IMG/VR virus record: IMGVR_UViG_3300027754_000075 | Span: 1-64,000 of that record | Source of the DNA: a virus | Strand: one strand, 5' to 3' | Length of the DNA stretch: 64,000 bases | Part shown: in pieces, positions 47,621 to 57,942 of the stretch | How positions within the stretch are numbered: the first letter of the stretch is position 1 | Layout of the letters: every line of letters starts with the position of its first letter | Translations under genes and position numbers: made by a program | The notes under the pieces: model-generated | Seen by the model: the letters and a program-made list of their open reading frames with translations, nothing else | What the model was told of the DNA's origin: nothing | Databases searched by the model: none

Positions 47621-49195
47621 ATGGCAGCACCCATTATTAAAATAAAAAGATCTTCTGTTCCGGGAAAGAAACCGACAGTAGATCAGTTACCTTTAGGTGA
47701 ATTAAGTCTCAATACTTATGATGCAGAAATCTTTGTTCGCAGAGAAAGATCTGGAATTGGTACAGATATTGTAAGTGTTGGTATTGGTGCAACAGTTACA
47801 AACATCTTATATGTTACAAAAGATGGGAGTGATACAAATACCGGTCAAAAACTTGGAGATGCAAAGGCAACGATTGCAGGAGCAGTTTCAATTGCAACCA
47901 CCGGGACAGTAATTAAAGTTTCGGCAGGAACATACTCAGAAAATAATCCAATTAATATTCCACAACAAGTAAGTATTGTGGGTGATAGTTTAAGAGAAGT
48001 TACAGTCTCTCCACAAAATACTGGAGATCTTTTTTATGTTACAAATGGAAATTATATTGCAGAAATGTCTTTTGTTGGGGCAGCAAATACAGGAGCAATT
48101 TTTGCATTTAATCCTTCTGGCGCAGGAAATATAACACAATCACCTTACATTCAAAACTGTACTAATTTTGTTCCAAACAGTATTGGAATGAAAATAAATG
48201 GAAATCATGCATCAGGAAATACAAAAAGCATGGTTCTTGATTCTTATACTCAATATAATCAAGGAGGAATAGGAGTTTCAATTACTAATAATGGTTACGC
48301 ACAATTAGTTTCACTCTTTACTATTTGTAATGATGTTGCAGTATATTGTGGGTCTGGTGGTGCATGTGATTTAACAAACTCAAATTCTTCTTTTGGTAAT
48401 TATGGATTAGTTGCAGATGGAGTAAGTAGTATTCAACAGACTGGAATTATTACAGCATCTGCAGATGCAGGAGCAACTACTTTTACAATATCTGGAATTG
48501 GAACTTCAAGATTGTTTGATGGACAGGTAGTTTATATTGAAGACTTATATTATGAAGTTGAATCAATTACCATTGGTGCTGGTGGAACTGGATATACAAA
48601 TGTCCCAACAATTACAATTAGTTCGCCAGGAACTTCTTGGGGAATTGCTGCAGAAGTAACTGCAACAGTCACGAATGGATCTATAAGTGCAGTAAGTTTA
48701 TTTTCTTCGGGAAGAGGATTTGAGACTGTGCCGACAATTACAGTATCTGCACCAGATGTTGGAATCAATACTGCAGTTTTGTCTGTTAATGTAAAACCAA
48801 AATATTATAGTATTATAAGTTGCACTCAACCATCTTCTGGTATTTGCACATTTACAATTAATGAACAATTACCATATGCAGTTGGTGTAGGAACAACGGT
48901 ACCTATTTTTAAACAAAGTCGTATTCTTGCTTCTGGTCATTCTTTTGAATATGTTGGGTCTGGAACCGCAATTGAGACTGCACTACCGTCTACTGGTGGT
49001 GTTGCTATACAAGAAAATGAAGTTGATATGAGAAATGGTGGGTTGGTTGTTTATACGAGCACCGATCAATCAGGAAATTTTAGAATAGGTGATGGTGTCA
49101 CCATTGATCAAAATTCAGGAACAATCTTTGGTAATTTCTATCAAAGAAGTGTTCTTGCAAATGTAACACCATATATCCTAGCACTTGGAGGTTAA
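47621..49195 (+). CDS. tailspike-like protein with pectin-lyase-like beta-helix
   Basis: IKIKRSSVPGK.P...GELSLN; LYVTKDGSD..G.KATIA.A; SPYIQNCT; SNSSFGNYGL; ASGHSFEYVG (shared with the 27575 gene). Confidence 0.75.
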   Translation: MAAPIIKIKRSSVPGKKPTVDQLPLGELSLNTYDAEIFVRRERSGIGTDIVSVGIGATVTNILYVTKDGSDTNTGQKLGDAKATIAGAVSIATTGTVIKVSAGTYSENNPINIPQQVSIVGDSLREVTVSPQNTGDLFYVTNGNYIAEMSFVGAANTGAIFAFNPSGAGNITQSPYIQNCTNFVPNSIGMKINGNHASGNTKSMVLDSYTQYNQGGIGVSITNNGYAQLVSLFTICNDVAVYCGSGGACDLTNSNSSFGNYGLVADGVSSIQQTGIITASADAGATTFTISGIGTSRLFDGQVVYIEDLYYEVESITIGAGGTGYTNVPTITISSPGTSWGIAAEVTATVTNGSISAVSLFSSGRGFETVPTITVSAPDVGINTAVLSVNVKPKYYSIISCTQPSSGICTFTINEQLPYAVGVGTTVPIFKQSRILASGHSFEYVGSGTAIETALPSTGGVAIQENEVDMRNGGLVVYTSTDQSGNFRIGDGVTIDQNSGTIFGNFYQRSVLANVTPYILALGG

Positions 49196-49205
49196 TTAAA
49201 AAATT

Positions 49206-49547
49206 ATGGCACTACCACTCAACATATTTAAGACAATCACTAATGTAGTATCAACCAATTCAGTTGGAATTTATACTGCCCCAGTTGGATATGCTTCTGT
49301 AGTTATTCTTGCACAAGCTGCAAACACTGGAAATACAACAGCAACAGTCACATTCTCTCATCAAAGAACTGTTGCTGGAATTGCAGTTACCACAGAAATT
49401 GTTAAAAGTTTTCCAATACCTGCTAATGATTCAGCAAGTTTTCTTGATGGAAAGTTGGTTTTGGAATCAAACGATGTCTTGGTTATATCAGGAAGTAATT
49501 CTTCTAATATTAAATTTACCGGAAGTATTCTGGAAACACTTAAGTAA
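49206..49547 (+). CDS. small structural protein
   Basis: IYTAP...IPAND...GKLVLESND...SILE; similar layout to 57524-57931. Confidence 0.65.
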   Translation: MALPLNIFKTITNVVSTNSVGIYTAPVGYASVVILAQAANTGNTTATVTFSHQRTVAGIAVTTEIVKSFPIPANDSASFLDGKLVLESNDVLVISGSNSSNIKFTGSILETLK

Positions 49548-49566
49548 AGAGAGAGAAATAAAATAA

Positions 49567-50700
49567 ATGGCAAAGTTAGTCAGTGGTCGGTTACCAAGAT
49601 TAAATGTAGGAATTGCTTCTTATAGTGAAAATCAAACAACACTATCAGTTGTAGGGATTTCATCTTTTCAGCAAGTAGTTCTAAATGGTTCAGTCAGTAC
49701 TGGTACAACTACTGGGACTTCGGGGCAATATTTAAAATCTGTTGGAATAGGTGTAACTTGGGCATCATTTCCAACATTAAGAACCGGAAATGTTTTTACT
49801 GCAGGAGTTGCACAAACTTCCTTTGCAGTTTCTTATAATGTTGGTTTTGTTGATGTTTATATAAATGGTGTTCGTTTAACAGACAGTGAATTCACCGGAA
49901 CAAGTGGAACTTCTATTGTTCTTAATGAATCTTGTTTTGGTGGAGAAACAGTAGATATTCTTGCGTATAACACTACAAGCACTGGTTCGGGAGGTGGAGG
50001 AATCAGCACTGAATCTCAAACTTTAAATAATGTATTAGGACTTGGGAATACCTCATCCAATGGGATGAGTGTTGGTGTTATTACTGCAACTTCTTTTGTT
50101 GGAAATTTAACAGGAACAGCAACCTATGCGACTAATGCTGGTATAGCAACTTATGCGACTAATGCTGGTATAGCAACTTATGCGACTAATGCTGGAATAG
50201 CAACTTATGCTACTAATGCTGGTATAGCAACAAATGCTCAAGGTTTAACTGGTACTCCTAATATATCTGTGGGTATCGTTACAGTAACAGACTCTCGTAT
50301 TCAATCTGTTGCTGAAAAGACAACACTTGTGAATGGTAACACAGTAAGTCTTGTTTATAACACTGGTGGTGGTAATATTGCAATCTGTACCAATCCAAGT
50401 GGTGATATTACACTGAATGTAACTGGTATCCCTACTGATAGTACATTTGATAATTACTCACTTGCCTTTAGTGTGATTGTATCAAATACAGGAACAGCAA
50501 GAAGTTGTACTGCAATTAATCTGAATGGATTATCAAGAACAATTAAATGGTTTGGTGGTTCTCTTGCAGCAGCAATCACTGGCGTGACTACATCAAATGG
50601 ATATGATAGTTATAGTTTTACTGGAATCAATACTGTAGGTTCTGCAAGTACAACTGCAAATTATATTGTACTTGGAAGTGTAAATGGAAGTTATAGATAA
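49567..50700 (+). CDS. tail fibre with conserved C-terminal domain
   Basis: VDVYINGVRL module, ATYATNAGI repeats, ends FTGINTVGSASTTANYIVLG. Confidence 0.75.
   Translation: MAKLVSGRLPRLNVGIASYSENQTTLSVVGISSFQQVVLNGSVSTGTTTGTSGQYLKSVGIGVTWASFPTLRTGNVFTAGVAQTSFAVSYNVGFVDVYINGVRLTDSEFTGTSGTSIVLNESCFGGETVDILAYNTTSTGSGGGGISTESQTLNNVLGLGNTSSNGMSVGVITATSFVGNLTGTATYATNAGIATYATNAGIATYATNAGIATYATNAGIATNAQGLTGTPNISVGIVTVTDSRIQSVAEKTTLVNGNTVSLVYNTGGGNIAICTNPSGDITLNVTGIPTDSTFDNYSLAFSVIVSNTGTARSCTAINLNGLSRTIKWFGGSLAAAITGVTTSNGYDSYSFTGINTVGSASTTANYIVLGSVNGSYR
50118..50231 (+). repeat. in-frame 27-bp tandem repeat x4 (ATYATNAGI)
   Basis: AGCAACTTATGCGACTAATGCTGGTAT units; related units at about 56523-56675. 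Confidence 0.85.
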
Positions 50701-51461
50701 TGTCTCCAATTTTAACTAGAATTCCATATAGCAAGGGACTTGGTTCAAGAACTTTTATTGCAGTTAGTGTTCCTATTATTTCAAACGGATTAATATTATC
50801 CCTAGACGCAGGAAATGCTGCTTCTTATCCTGGTTCTGGAACTACTTGGACTGATGTGAGTGGCAATATTAATACCGGAACTCTTGTGAATGGTGTTGGG
50901 TATTCTGCGAGTAATGGAGGTGCTTTGACTTTTGATGGGACGAATGATTATGTTCTTGCAAATAATACAAATTTGAATTCTTTAAGTTTAACTTCTAGAT
51001 TTTCAAACACAAGTGTTTCTCACTTTTCTTGGGTTTATCCAACTGGTGCTGGTGTATTAGTTTCTGAATTGGGACAAACAGCACCAAATTCAGGATACCA
51101 CGATAGCAATATTGAAATAAGTGCAGGTGGGGCATTTAGTTTTTCAACTTGGCACAATGGTCTTACAAGTAAGGTAGTTTCTTCAAATCAATCATTTAAT
51201 ATTTGGTATTATGTTGGATTTACTTATGATGGAACAACTTTAACTGCTTATATAAATGGTTCATCAATTGGAACAACCACTTTTGCAAGAGTGCCACCAA
51301 GTCAAACTCATTATGCTTTATTTGCTACTGATGCTACTAATATGGGAACAGGAGGTTATGGTGTAGGAAGATGTGCTGCTTTTTCTGTATACAACAGAGC
51401 ACTCACAGCAGCAGAAGTCTCACAAAACTTCCAAGCACTTAGAGGAAGATTTGGAGTTTGA
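50700..51461 (+). CDS. LamG / concanavalin A-like lectin protein with MSPIL leader
   Basis: GLILSLDAGN..SYPGSGTTWTD, FDGTNDY, WYYVGFTYDG...YING, YNRALTAAEV.QNF.ALRGRFG. Confidence 0.85.
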   Translation: MSPILTRIPYSKGLGSRTFIAVSVPIISNGLILSLDAGNAASYPGSGTTWTDVSGNINTGTLVNGVGYSASNGGALTFDGTNDYVLANNTNLNSLSLTSRFSNTSVSHFSWVYPTGAGVLVSELGQTAPNSGYHDSNIEISAGGAFSFSTWHNGLTSKVVSSNQSFNIWYYVGFTYDGTTLTAYINGSSIGTTTFARVPPSQTHYALFATDATNMGTGGYGVGRCAAFSVYNRALTAAEVSQNFQALRGRFGV

Positions 51462-51472
51462 GATGGTAAATT

Positions 51473-51480
51473 TATAAATA
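51473..51480 (+). promoter_or_regulatory. T4 late promoter TATAAATA
   Basis: Perfect consensus upstream of the 51565 fibre gene. Confidence 0.7.
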
Positions 51481-51564
51481 ATCATACGATGCCTAGTGCT
51501 AGTCACGAACATGGTAGAAAAGTAATGTAAACAATTTTTCCCACCCCCCCTAGCACTTAAAACC

Positions 51565-54500
51565 ATGGCATTTAACAGAGATTTATCCCAACTCGCAAAT
51601 TTTCTAGAAGTTAATTCTGACGGAACTTTCATTAATATTATACCATCAACTTCTCAAACAAATTTAGGTATTGGTACAAATAACCCAACAGCAAAACTTG
51701 ATGTTCTTGGTAATGCAAGAGTTTCTGGTAATTTATCTGCAACTAATATTAATGCTTCTGGTATTGTTACTGCTACTTCAGGTTTTGTTGGTGCTTTAAC
51801 TGGTTTAGCTAGTTCTGCTACTCAACTTGCAACTGGAAGAACTATAGCAATTACTGGAGATTTAACTTATACTAGTGGGTCATTTAATGGTACTGGTAAT
51901 GTAACAGGAACAGGAACATTAGCAAACACTACAGTTACTCCTGGTTCTTATGGGTCTTCAACAGAAGTTGCTACATTTACTGTTGACTCCAAAGGTAGAT
52001 TAACTGCTGCTGGTACCGCATCTGTTGGAACTGCACTTACAGTTGCTGGTGACTCTGGTTCAGAAAACATCAGTCTTCTTAGTGAAACTCTTACGATTTC
52101 TGGTGGTACTAACTTAACTTCATCTGCTGCATCTAATACTGTTACTGTTAACCTTGACCCAAACATTTCTTTAACAAGTGTTGTTGCATCTGGTATTATT
52201 ACTGCTACCAGTGGTTTCTCTGGTAATGTAACTGGAAACTTAACTGGTAACATTAACTCTTCTGGAGTTTCTACAGTTACTTCACTGAATGCAACAAACA
52301 TTAATGCATCAGGTATCGTAACTGCTACTCAATTTAAAACTGGTGCATCAGGATCTGCAATTGGAATTAATACCAATACAATTTCTGGACCTGCAACAAT
52401 TACAATTGACCCTGCTGCTGTTGGTGATAATACTGGATTAGTTGTAATCAAAGGTGACCTACAGATTGATGGTACTACAACCACCATTAATTCTACAACC
52501 TTAACTGTTGATGATAAAAATATTGTTCTTGGTTCTGGTGCTGCTAATGATGCAGCTGCAGATGGTAGTGGTATTACTATTGAATCCGGTAATGGTAATA
52601 AAACCTTCCAATTTGAAGATACTGGAGACAACTTAGGTTCTTCAGAGAACTTGAATGTTGCATCAGGTAAAGTTTATAAAGTTAATAATACTGAAGTTCT
52701 TTCTAATAATACTTTAGGAAGTGGTGTCGTTAACTCGTCTTTGACTTCTGTTGGAACTCTTACTAACTTAAGTGTTGGTAATGTTAATTCAAGTGGTATC
52801 GTTACTGCTGTTACAGTCAATAGCACTAATGGAACTATTACAAACCTGACTGGTACTGCAGGAACTATAACCACATTTAACAGTACTAATGGAACCATTA
52901 CCAATCTGAATGCAACTAATATTAATGCATCTGGTATTATTACTGCTACCAGTGGTTTCTCTGGTAATGTAACTGGAAACTTAACTGGCAACATTAACTC
53001 TTCTGGAGTTTCTACATTTACTTCACTGAATATAACTAATATTAATGCATCAGGTATTGTAACTGCTACCAGTGGTTTCTCTGGTAATGTAACTGGAAAC
53101 ATTAACTCTTCTGGAGTTTCTACAGTTACTTCATTGGTTGCAACAAACATTAATGCTTCTGGTATCATAACTGCTACTTCAGGTTTCGTTGGCGCTTTAA
53201 CTGGTTTGGCCAGTTCTGCTACTCAACTTGCAACTGGAAGAACTATAGCAATTACTGGAGACTTAGCATATACCAGTGGATCATTTAATGGTACCGGTAA
53301 TGTGACCGGAACAGGAACATTAGCAACAGTTAACTCTAATGTTGGATCCTTTGGTTCACAAACTTTAATCCCTGTTGTTACTGTTAATGCAAAAGGATTG
53401 GTGACTTCAGTAACAACAGCAGCAGTTGGAACTGCATTAACAGTTGCTAGTGACTCTGGTTCAGTAGATATTGAACTCTTAACAGAAACCTTAACAATCT
53501 CAGGTGGAACTAATCTTACCTCAGTTGGTTCTGGTAATACTCTTACTGTTAACCTTGATAATAATATCTCACTAACAAGTGTTGTTGCCTCTGGTATCAT
53601 AACTGCTGCTCAATTTGTGACTGGTGCATCAGGATCTGCGATTGGAATTAATACCAATACAATATCTGGTCCTGCAACGATTACAATTGACCCTTCTGCT
53701 GTTGGAGATAATACCGGTGCAGTTAGAATTAAGGGTGACTTATTTGTTGATGGTACTCAATTTATTGTTAACTCCACAACTATAGAACTTGCCGATTTTA
53801 TTGTTGGTATTGCTTCTACTGCTACTTCAGATATACTTGCGGATGGTGCGGGTATTAAGATTGGACCAGACAATACTTTAACTTACGATCATACTAATAC
53901 ATCATTAAAGTCGAGTGAAAACTTTAATCTTGCTTCTGGTAAGACTTATAAGATTAATGGAACCGATGTTCTTTCTAATAATACTTTAGGAAGTGGTGTC
54001 ATTAACTCGTCTTTGACTTCTGTTGGAACTCTTACTAACTTAAGTGTTGGTAATATTAATTCAAGTGGTATTGTAACTGCTACTACATTTGTTGGAGCAC
54101 TCACCGGAAATGTATCTGGTAATATTAACTCTTCTGGAGTATCAACTGTTACTAATTTAAATATTGGTGGTTATGTTTCTATTGCAAATACTACTGGTGT
54201 TGCAAATCAGATTCTTTCTTCTACTGGAGTAGGAGTAAGTTGGAAAACCTTTAATGACCTATTACCACAAACAAGAACAACACAAACCTTTACTGCGACT
54301 GCAAACCAAACATTATTCAGTTTTGTATATAATGTAAACTTCCTTGATGTATTTGTGAATGGTGTTAAGTTATCTTCTGGAGAATTCACTGCAAGTAACG
54401 GTAGTACAATCACTCTCTCTGAAGGTGCATTTGCGAATGATACTGTTGAGTTTGTTTCTTATGCAACTCTTGGTGCTGGTACAGGACAAGTTAGCAGTCT

Positions 54501-55362
54501 GAATGATTTAACTGATGTTACACTTACTGGTATTACAACAGGAAACCTTCTTGCATATAATGGTTCAGAGTTTGTTAATACGTCAAATATTAATGTAACT
54601 GGTATTATTACTGCAACCACATTTGTTGGGGGACTTACTGGAACAGCAACATCAACGACTAATATTCCTAATTTAACTGGGGCAATCACATCAGTTAATA
54701 CTACAACCTCATTAGGTTCCTTTACATCACTACAACTCTTAACAGCACTCACTGATGAGACTGGTTCTGGTTCTGCTGTATTTGCTACAAGTCCTACTCT
54801 AGTTACTCCTGCGTTAGGAACACCTTCTTCTGGTACTCTTACTAGTTGTACTGGGTTACCATTAACAACTGGTGTGACTGGAACTTTACCTGTTGCTAAT
54901 GGCGGTACTGGTGTTACTACCAGTACCGGTACTGGTAGTGTTGTACTTTCTGCATCTCCAACATTTACTGGAACGGTAGGTGCTGCTGCAATAACTGCAA
55001 CTGGTGACATCGCAGCTGCAAACTTTAACTCTACTTCTGATATCAACCTCAAAGAAAATATCAGACAGGTTGAAAGTGCATCCGAACTCGTTTCTAAACT
55101 TGAGGGTGTTCACTTCTCTTGGAAGGAAACTGGAAAAGAAACAATTGGTGTGATTGCTCAACAAATTGAAGAGCACTTACCACAACTGGTTCAGACTCAT
55201 ACTATAGTGACACTTTCAGGGGCCCAGAAACAATTACTTTCTGGTGATACTCACAAGACCGTTAATTATAATGGTCTGATTGGAGTTCTAATTGAGGCAG
55301 TGAAAGAGCAAGGTGCTCAGATTGCTGCTCTTCAGGCAGAAATTGAAGAACTCAAAAAATAA
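51565..55362 (+). CDS. long tail fibre with internal duplication and C-terminal S74 chaperone
   Basis: Two long homologous blocks; SDINLKENI...GVHFSWK...GVIAQ...VNYNGLIGVLIEAVKE. Confidence 0.85.
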   Translation: MAFNRDLSQLANFLEVNSDGTFINIIPSTSQTNLGIGTNNPTAKLDVLGNARVSGNLSATNINASGIVTATSGFVGALTGLASSATQLATGRTIAITGDLTYTSGSFNGTGNVTGTGTLANTTVTPGSYGSSTEVATFTVDSKGRLTAAGTASVGTALTVAGDSGSENISLLSETLTISGGTNLTSSAASNTVTVNLDPNISLTSVVASGIITATSGFSGNVTGNLTGNINSSGVSTVTSLNATNINASGIVTATQFKTGASGSAIGINTNTISGPATITIDPAAVGDNTGLVVIKGDLQIDGTTTTINSTTLTVDDKNIVLGSGAANDAAADGSGITIESGNGNKTFQFEDTGDNLGSSENLNVASGKVYKVNNTEVLSNNTLGSGVVNSSLTSVGTLTNLSVGNVNSSGIVTAVTVNSTNGTITNLTGTAGTITTFNSTNGTITNLNATNINASGIITATSGFSGNVTGNLTGNINSSGVSTFTSLNITNINASGIVTATSGFSGNVTGNINSSGVSTVTSLVATNINASGIITATSGFVGALTGLASSATQLATGRTIAITGDLAYTSGSFNGTGNVTGTGTLATVNSNVGSFGSQTLIPVVTVNAKGLVTSVTTAAVGTALTVASDSGSVDIELLTETLTISGGTNLTSVGSGNTLTVNLDNNISLTSVVASGIITAAQFVTGASGSAIGINTNTISGPATITIDPSAVGDNTGAVRIKGDLFVDGTQFIVNSTTIELADFIVGIASTATSDILADGAGIKIGPDNTLTYDHTNTSLKSSENFNLASGKTYKINGTDVLSNNTLGSGVINSSLTSVGTLTNLSVGNINSSGIVTATTFVGALTGNVSGNINSSGVSTVTNLNIGGYVSIANTTGVANQILSSTGVGVSWKTFNDLLPQTRTTQTFTATANQTLFSFVYNVNFLDVFVNGVKLSSGEFTASNGSTITLSEGAFANDTVEFVSYATLGAGTGQVSSLNDLTDVTLTGITTGNLLAYNGSEFVNTSNINVTGIITATTFVGGLTGTATSTTNIPNLTGAITSVNTTTSLGSFTSLQLLTALTDETGSGSAVFATSPTLVTPALGTPSSGTLTSCTGLPLTTGVTGTLPVANGGTGVTTSTGTGSVVLSASPTFTGTVGAAAITATGDIAAANFNSTSDINLKENIRQVESASELVSKLEGVHFSWKETGKETIGVIAQQIEEHLPQLVQTHTIVTLSGAQKQLLSGDTHKTVNYNGLIGVLIEAVKEQGAQIAALQAEIEELKK

Positions 55363-55383
55363 TTTGAGTTGAAATTAAATTTG

Positions 55384-55413
55384 AAGGAGGAAGAGAAATC
55401 TTCCTCCTTTTTT
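55384..55413 (+). terminator. intrinsic terminator
   Basis: AAGGAGGAAGA-GAAA-TCTTCCTCCTT followed by a T-run. Confidence 0.85.
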
Positions 55414-55443
55414 CATAAATAAGACATAGGAAAGACATAGTTA

Positions 55444-57504
55444 ATGGCCAATACCAGAGAATTATCACAACTTGCATCCGTAATATCAGTTGCTGATGAA
55501 ACTAGAAATGTTGGTATTGGAACAACAACTCCAACATCAAAACTTCATGTTTCTGGTGATGTAAGAGTTTCTGGTGTAGTGACTGCTACTACATTCGTTG
55601 GTGATGGTAGTGCTCTTACTGGTATTAGTGGAGGTTCTTCTTCTCAATTTGTAACTACAACAGCAGGTATTCATACTTTATCTAATGTTGGTATTGGAAC
55701 CACAACACCAACATCAAAACTTCACGTTATTGGTGATGTAAGAGTTTCTGGTGTAGTGACTGCTACTACATTCCTTGGAGCATTAACTGGTACTGCATCA
55801 TCAACAACTAATATACCAAATCTGACTGGTGCTATTACATCTAATAACACCACAACATCATTAGGTTCTTTTACATCAGCACAATTAGCAACAGCATTAA
55901 CTGATGAAACTGGTTCTGGTTCTGCTGTATTTGCTACTAGTCCTACATTAGTCACTCCAGTATTAGGAAGTGCAACAGCAACAAGTATTGTTGTTGGTTC
56001 TGGAGTTACAATTAATGCATCAGGTATTAATGCATCTGGTATCGTAACTGCACTTGGTGGTATTAGAGGAATTGGTATTTACTCTGGTGGAAATCTTGTA
56101 ACCACTGGTATTATTACGGCACTCAATTTTATAGGTACTGGAAATACATTTGTTGTAACTAATAATAAAATTGATATTAGTATTTCTGGTGGTTCTCAAG
56201 TTAGTGTTGGAACAGCATCACCAGCATCACCATCTTCAGGAAATCTTTGGTATAATACAAATCTTGGAAGAACTTTTATTTATTATAATGATGGAGATAG
56301 TTCTCAGTGGGTAGATGCTGCACCTTTTAATATTGTTAGTGATTCTAGTAGTGCAGCATCAGTAAGTATAGGAACAGAAGCTCCAGTAGGTCCAACTTCT
56401 GGAGATTTATGGTATAATGCAGATTATGCTAGAATTTTTGTTTATTATGATAATGGGATTAATTCCCAATGGGTAGATGCCGCACCTTTTAACTATGCTG
56501 ATGCAAGGTCAGTTTATGCTGATAATGCAGGTATAGCAACTTATGCTTCTAATGCTGGTATAGCAACCTTTTCAACATCAGCAGGTATATCAACCTTTTC
56601 AACATCAGCAGGTATAGCAACTTATGCTTCTAATGCTGGTATAGCAACCTTTTCAACATCAGCAGGTATATCAACAAGTGTTATAGGTGGTATAGGATCC
56701 ATCACACAACTCCAAGTCACTGGAATATCTACATTCACCAATGGACCTATATTGGTAGGAACAGGAACTTCTACAGGAACCTCATCACAACCACTTCAAG
56801 TATCTGGTGGTGCTTATGTTTCTGGTAATCTTGGAGTTGGAGTTACTAATCCGGCATCCAGAATTGATGTATGGTCTACAACATCAGGTTCCACAGCAAT
56901 TAGAGCAACTTCGTCACCATCCTTTTCCTCAACTTTATATCCTGGTGTTATTTCCGGACTTTCTACTACTGGTTCTGGATTTCCAAATTTTGCAGCATCA
57001 GGTATTGGAGTAACAAGTGGAGAAATAGGTGTTTATTCTTTCTTCCCCACATTTACAAATTTCCCAGCAGATAGAGGTCCAAGAAGAGCAGTTGATTTGG
57101 TTGGTGGATTTGCAACAAGTACTTGGGGGACAGAATACTTTGCAATTAATGTAGGTAGAAATGGTGCTGCTAATGATAGTTCTATTCTTACTAATGAACG
57201 ATTGAGAGTTGATGGTTCTGGTAATGTTGGTATTGGAACCACAACACCAACATCAAAACTCCACGTTATTGGTGATGTAAGAGTTACTGGTGTAGTGACT
57301 GCAACATCTTTTGTTGGTAGTGGTGCAAATCTCACTGGTGTGATTAGTGGAGTAGAAATCAAGAGTGCAGGAACATCAGTAGGAACTGGTATTACTAATA
57401 TTAACTTTGTGGGTGCAACTGCAACTGCAACTGGTTCTGCATCAACAATCACGATTACTGTGACTGCAAGCTTCAACGAACTTGACGTTGCATTATTCTC
57501 ATAA
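55444..57504 (+). CDS. tail fibre protein
   Basis: VGIGTTTPTSKLHV repeats x3, two G(N/D)LWYN...YY.....QWVDAAPFN modules; ATAAATA at 55415. Confidence 0.8.
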   Translation: MANTRELSQLASVISVADETRNVGIGTTTPTSKLHVSGDVRVSGVVTATTFVGDGSALTGISGGSSSQFVTTTAGIHTLSNVGIGTTTPTSKLHVIGDVRVSGVVTATTFLGALTGTASSTTNIPNLTGAITSNNTTTSLGSFTSAQLATALTDETGSGSAVFATSPTLVTPVLGSATATSIVVGSGVTINASGINASGIVTALGGIRGIGIYSGGNLVTTGIITALNFIGTGNTFVVTNNKIDISISGGSQVSVGTASPASPSSGNLWYNTNLGRTFIYYNDGDSSQWVDAAPFNIVSDSSSAASVSIGTEAPVGPTSGDLWYNADYARIFVYYDNGINSQWVDAAPFNYADARSVYADNAGIATYASNAGIATFSTSAGISTFSTSAGIATYASNAGIATFSTSAGISTSVIGGIGSITQLQVTGISTFTNGPILVGTGTSTGTSSQPLQVSGGAYVSGNLGVGVTNPASRIDVWSTTSGSTAIRATSSPSFSSTLYPGVISGLSTTGSGFPNFAASGIGVTSGEIGVYSFFPTFTNFPADRGPRRAVDLVGGFATSTWGTEYFAINVGRNGAANDSSILTNERLRVDGSGNVGIGTTTPTSKLHVIGDVRVTGVVTATSFVGSGANLTGVISGVEIKSAGTSVGTGITNINFVGATATATGSASTITITVTASFNELDVALFS

Positions 57505-57523
57505 ATAACTAAAAAAAAATAAG

Positions 57524-57931
57524 ATGGCACTTAAAAGAACTAAAATACTCAATGTTCAGTCCATAACAGGTATTGCAACTGTTGGTATTTTGACTGTTGG
57601 TATTACATCTACTGCTGGTGGTGTTGGTATTGCCTCTACGTCTTACCTTCGTGGTGTTATAATGCATAATACTGGTCTTGCGACTTGTACCTCATCACTT
57701 TACATTTATCCAACTGGAACCTCAACGCCTGTGACTGGTGTTGGTATTACCGCACATCGTCTTGTAAGAGTAGACCTTGCATCTAATGAGACTTTCTTCT
57801 TTGAGACAAACTATCCAATCGTAATGACTGGATCTGATAAGATTGTTGTAGAGGTTACTGCTCCCAATAGTGGTGGTGTTGGTATTGGTAGTGTCGTGAA
57901 CTATCAAATCCTTGGCGATACTGATATTTAA
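57524..57931 (+). CDS. small structural protein
   Basis: 135 aa, LASNETFFFE.NYPIVM...D.I; ATAAATA at 57501. Confidence 0.65.
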   Translation: MALKRTKILNVQSITGIATVGILTVGITSTAGGVGIASTSYLRGVIMHNTGLATCTSSLYIYPTGTSTPVTGVGITAHRLVRVDLASNETFFFETNYPIVMTGSDKIVVEVTAPNSGGVGIGSVVNYQILGDTDI

Positions 57932-57942
57932 GAGGTATAAAG

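Noticed and set aside
51948-55052. Long minus-strand ORFs (100-197 aa) opposite fibre genes
   Set aside because: Shadow ORFs produced by the Thr/Gly/Val codon bias of the plus-strand genes; no motifs or start signals.
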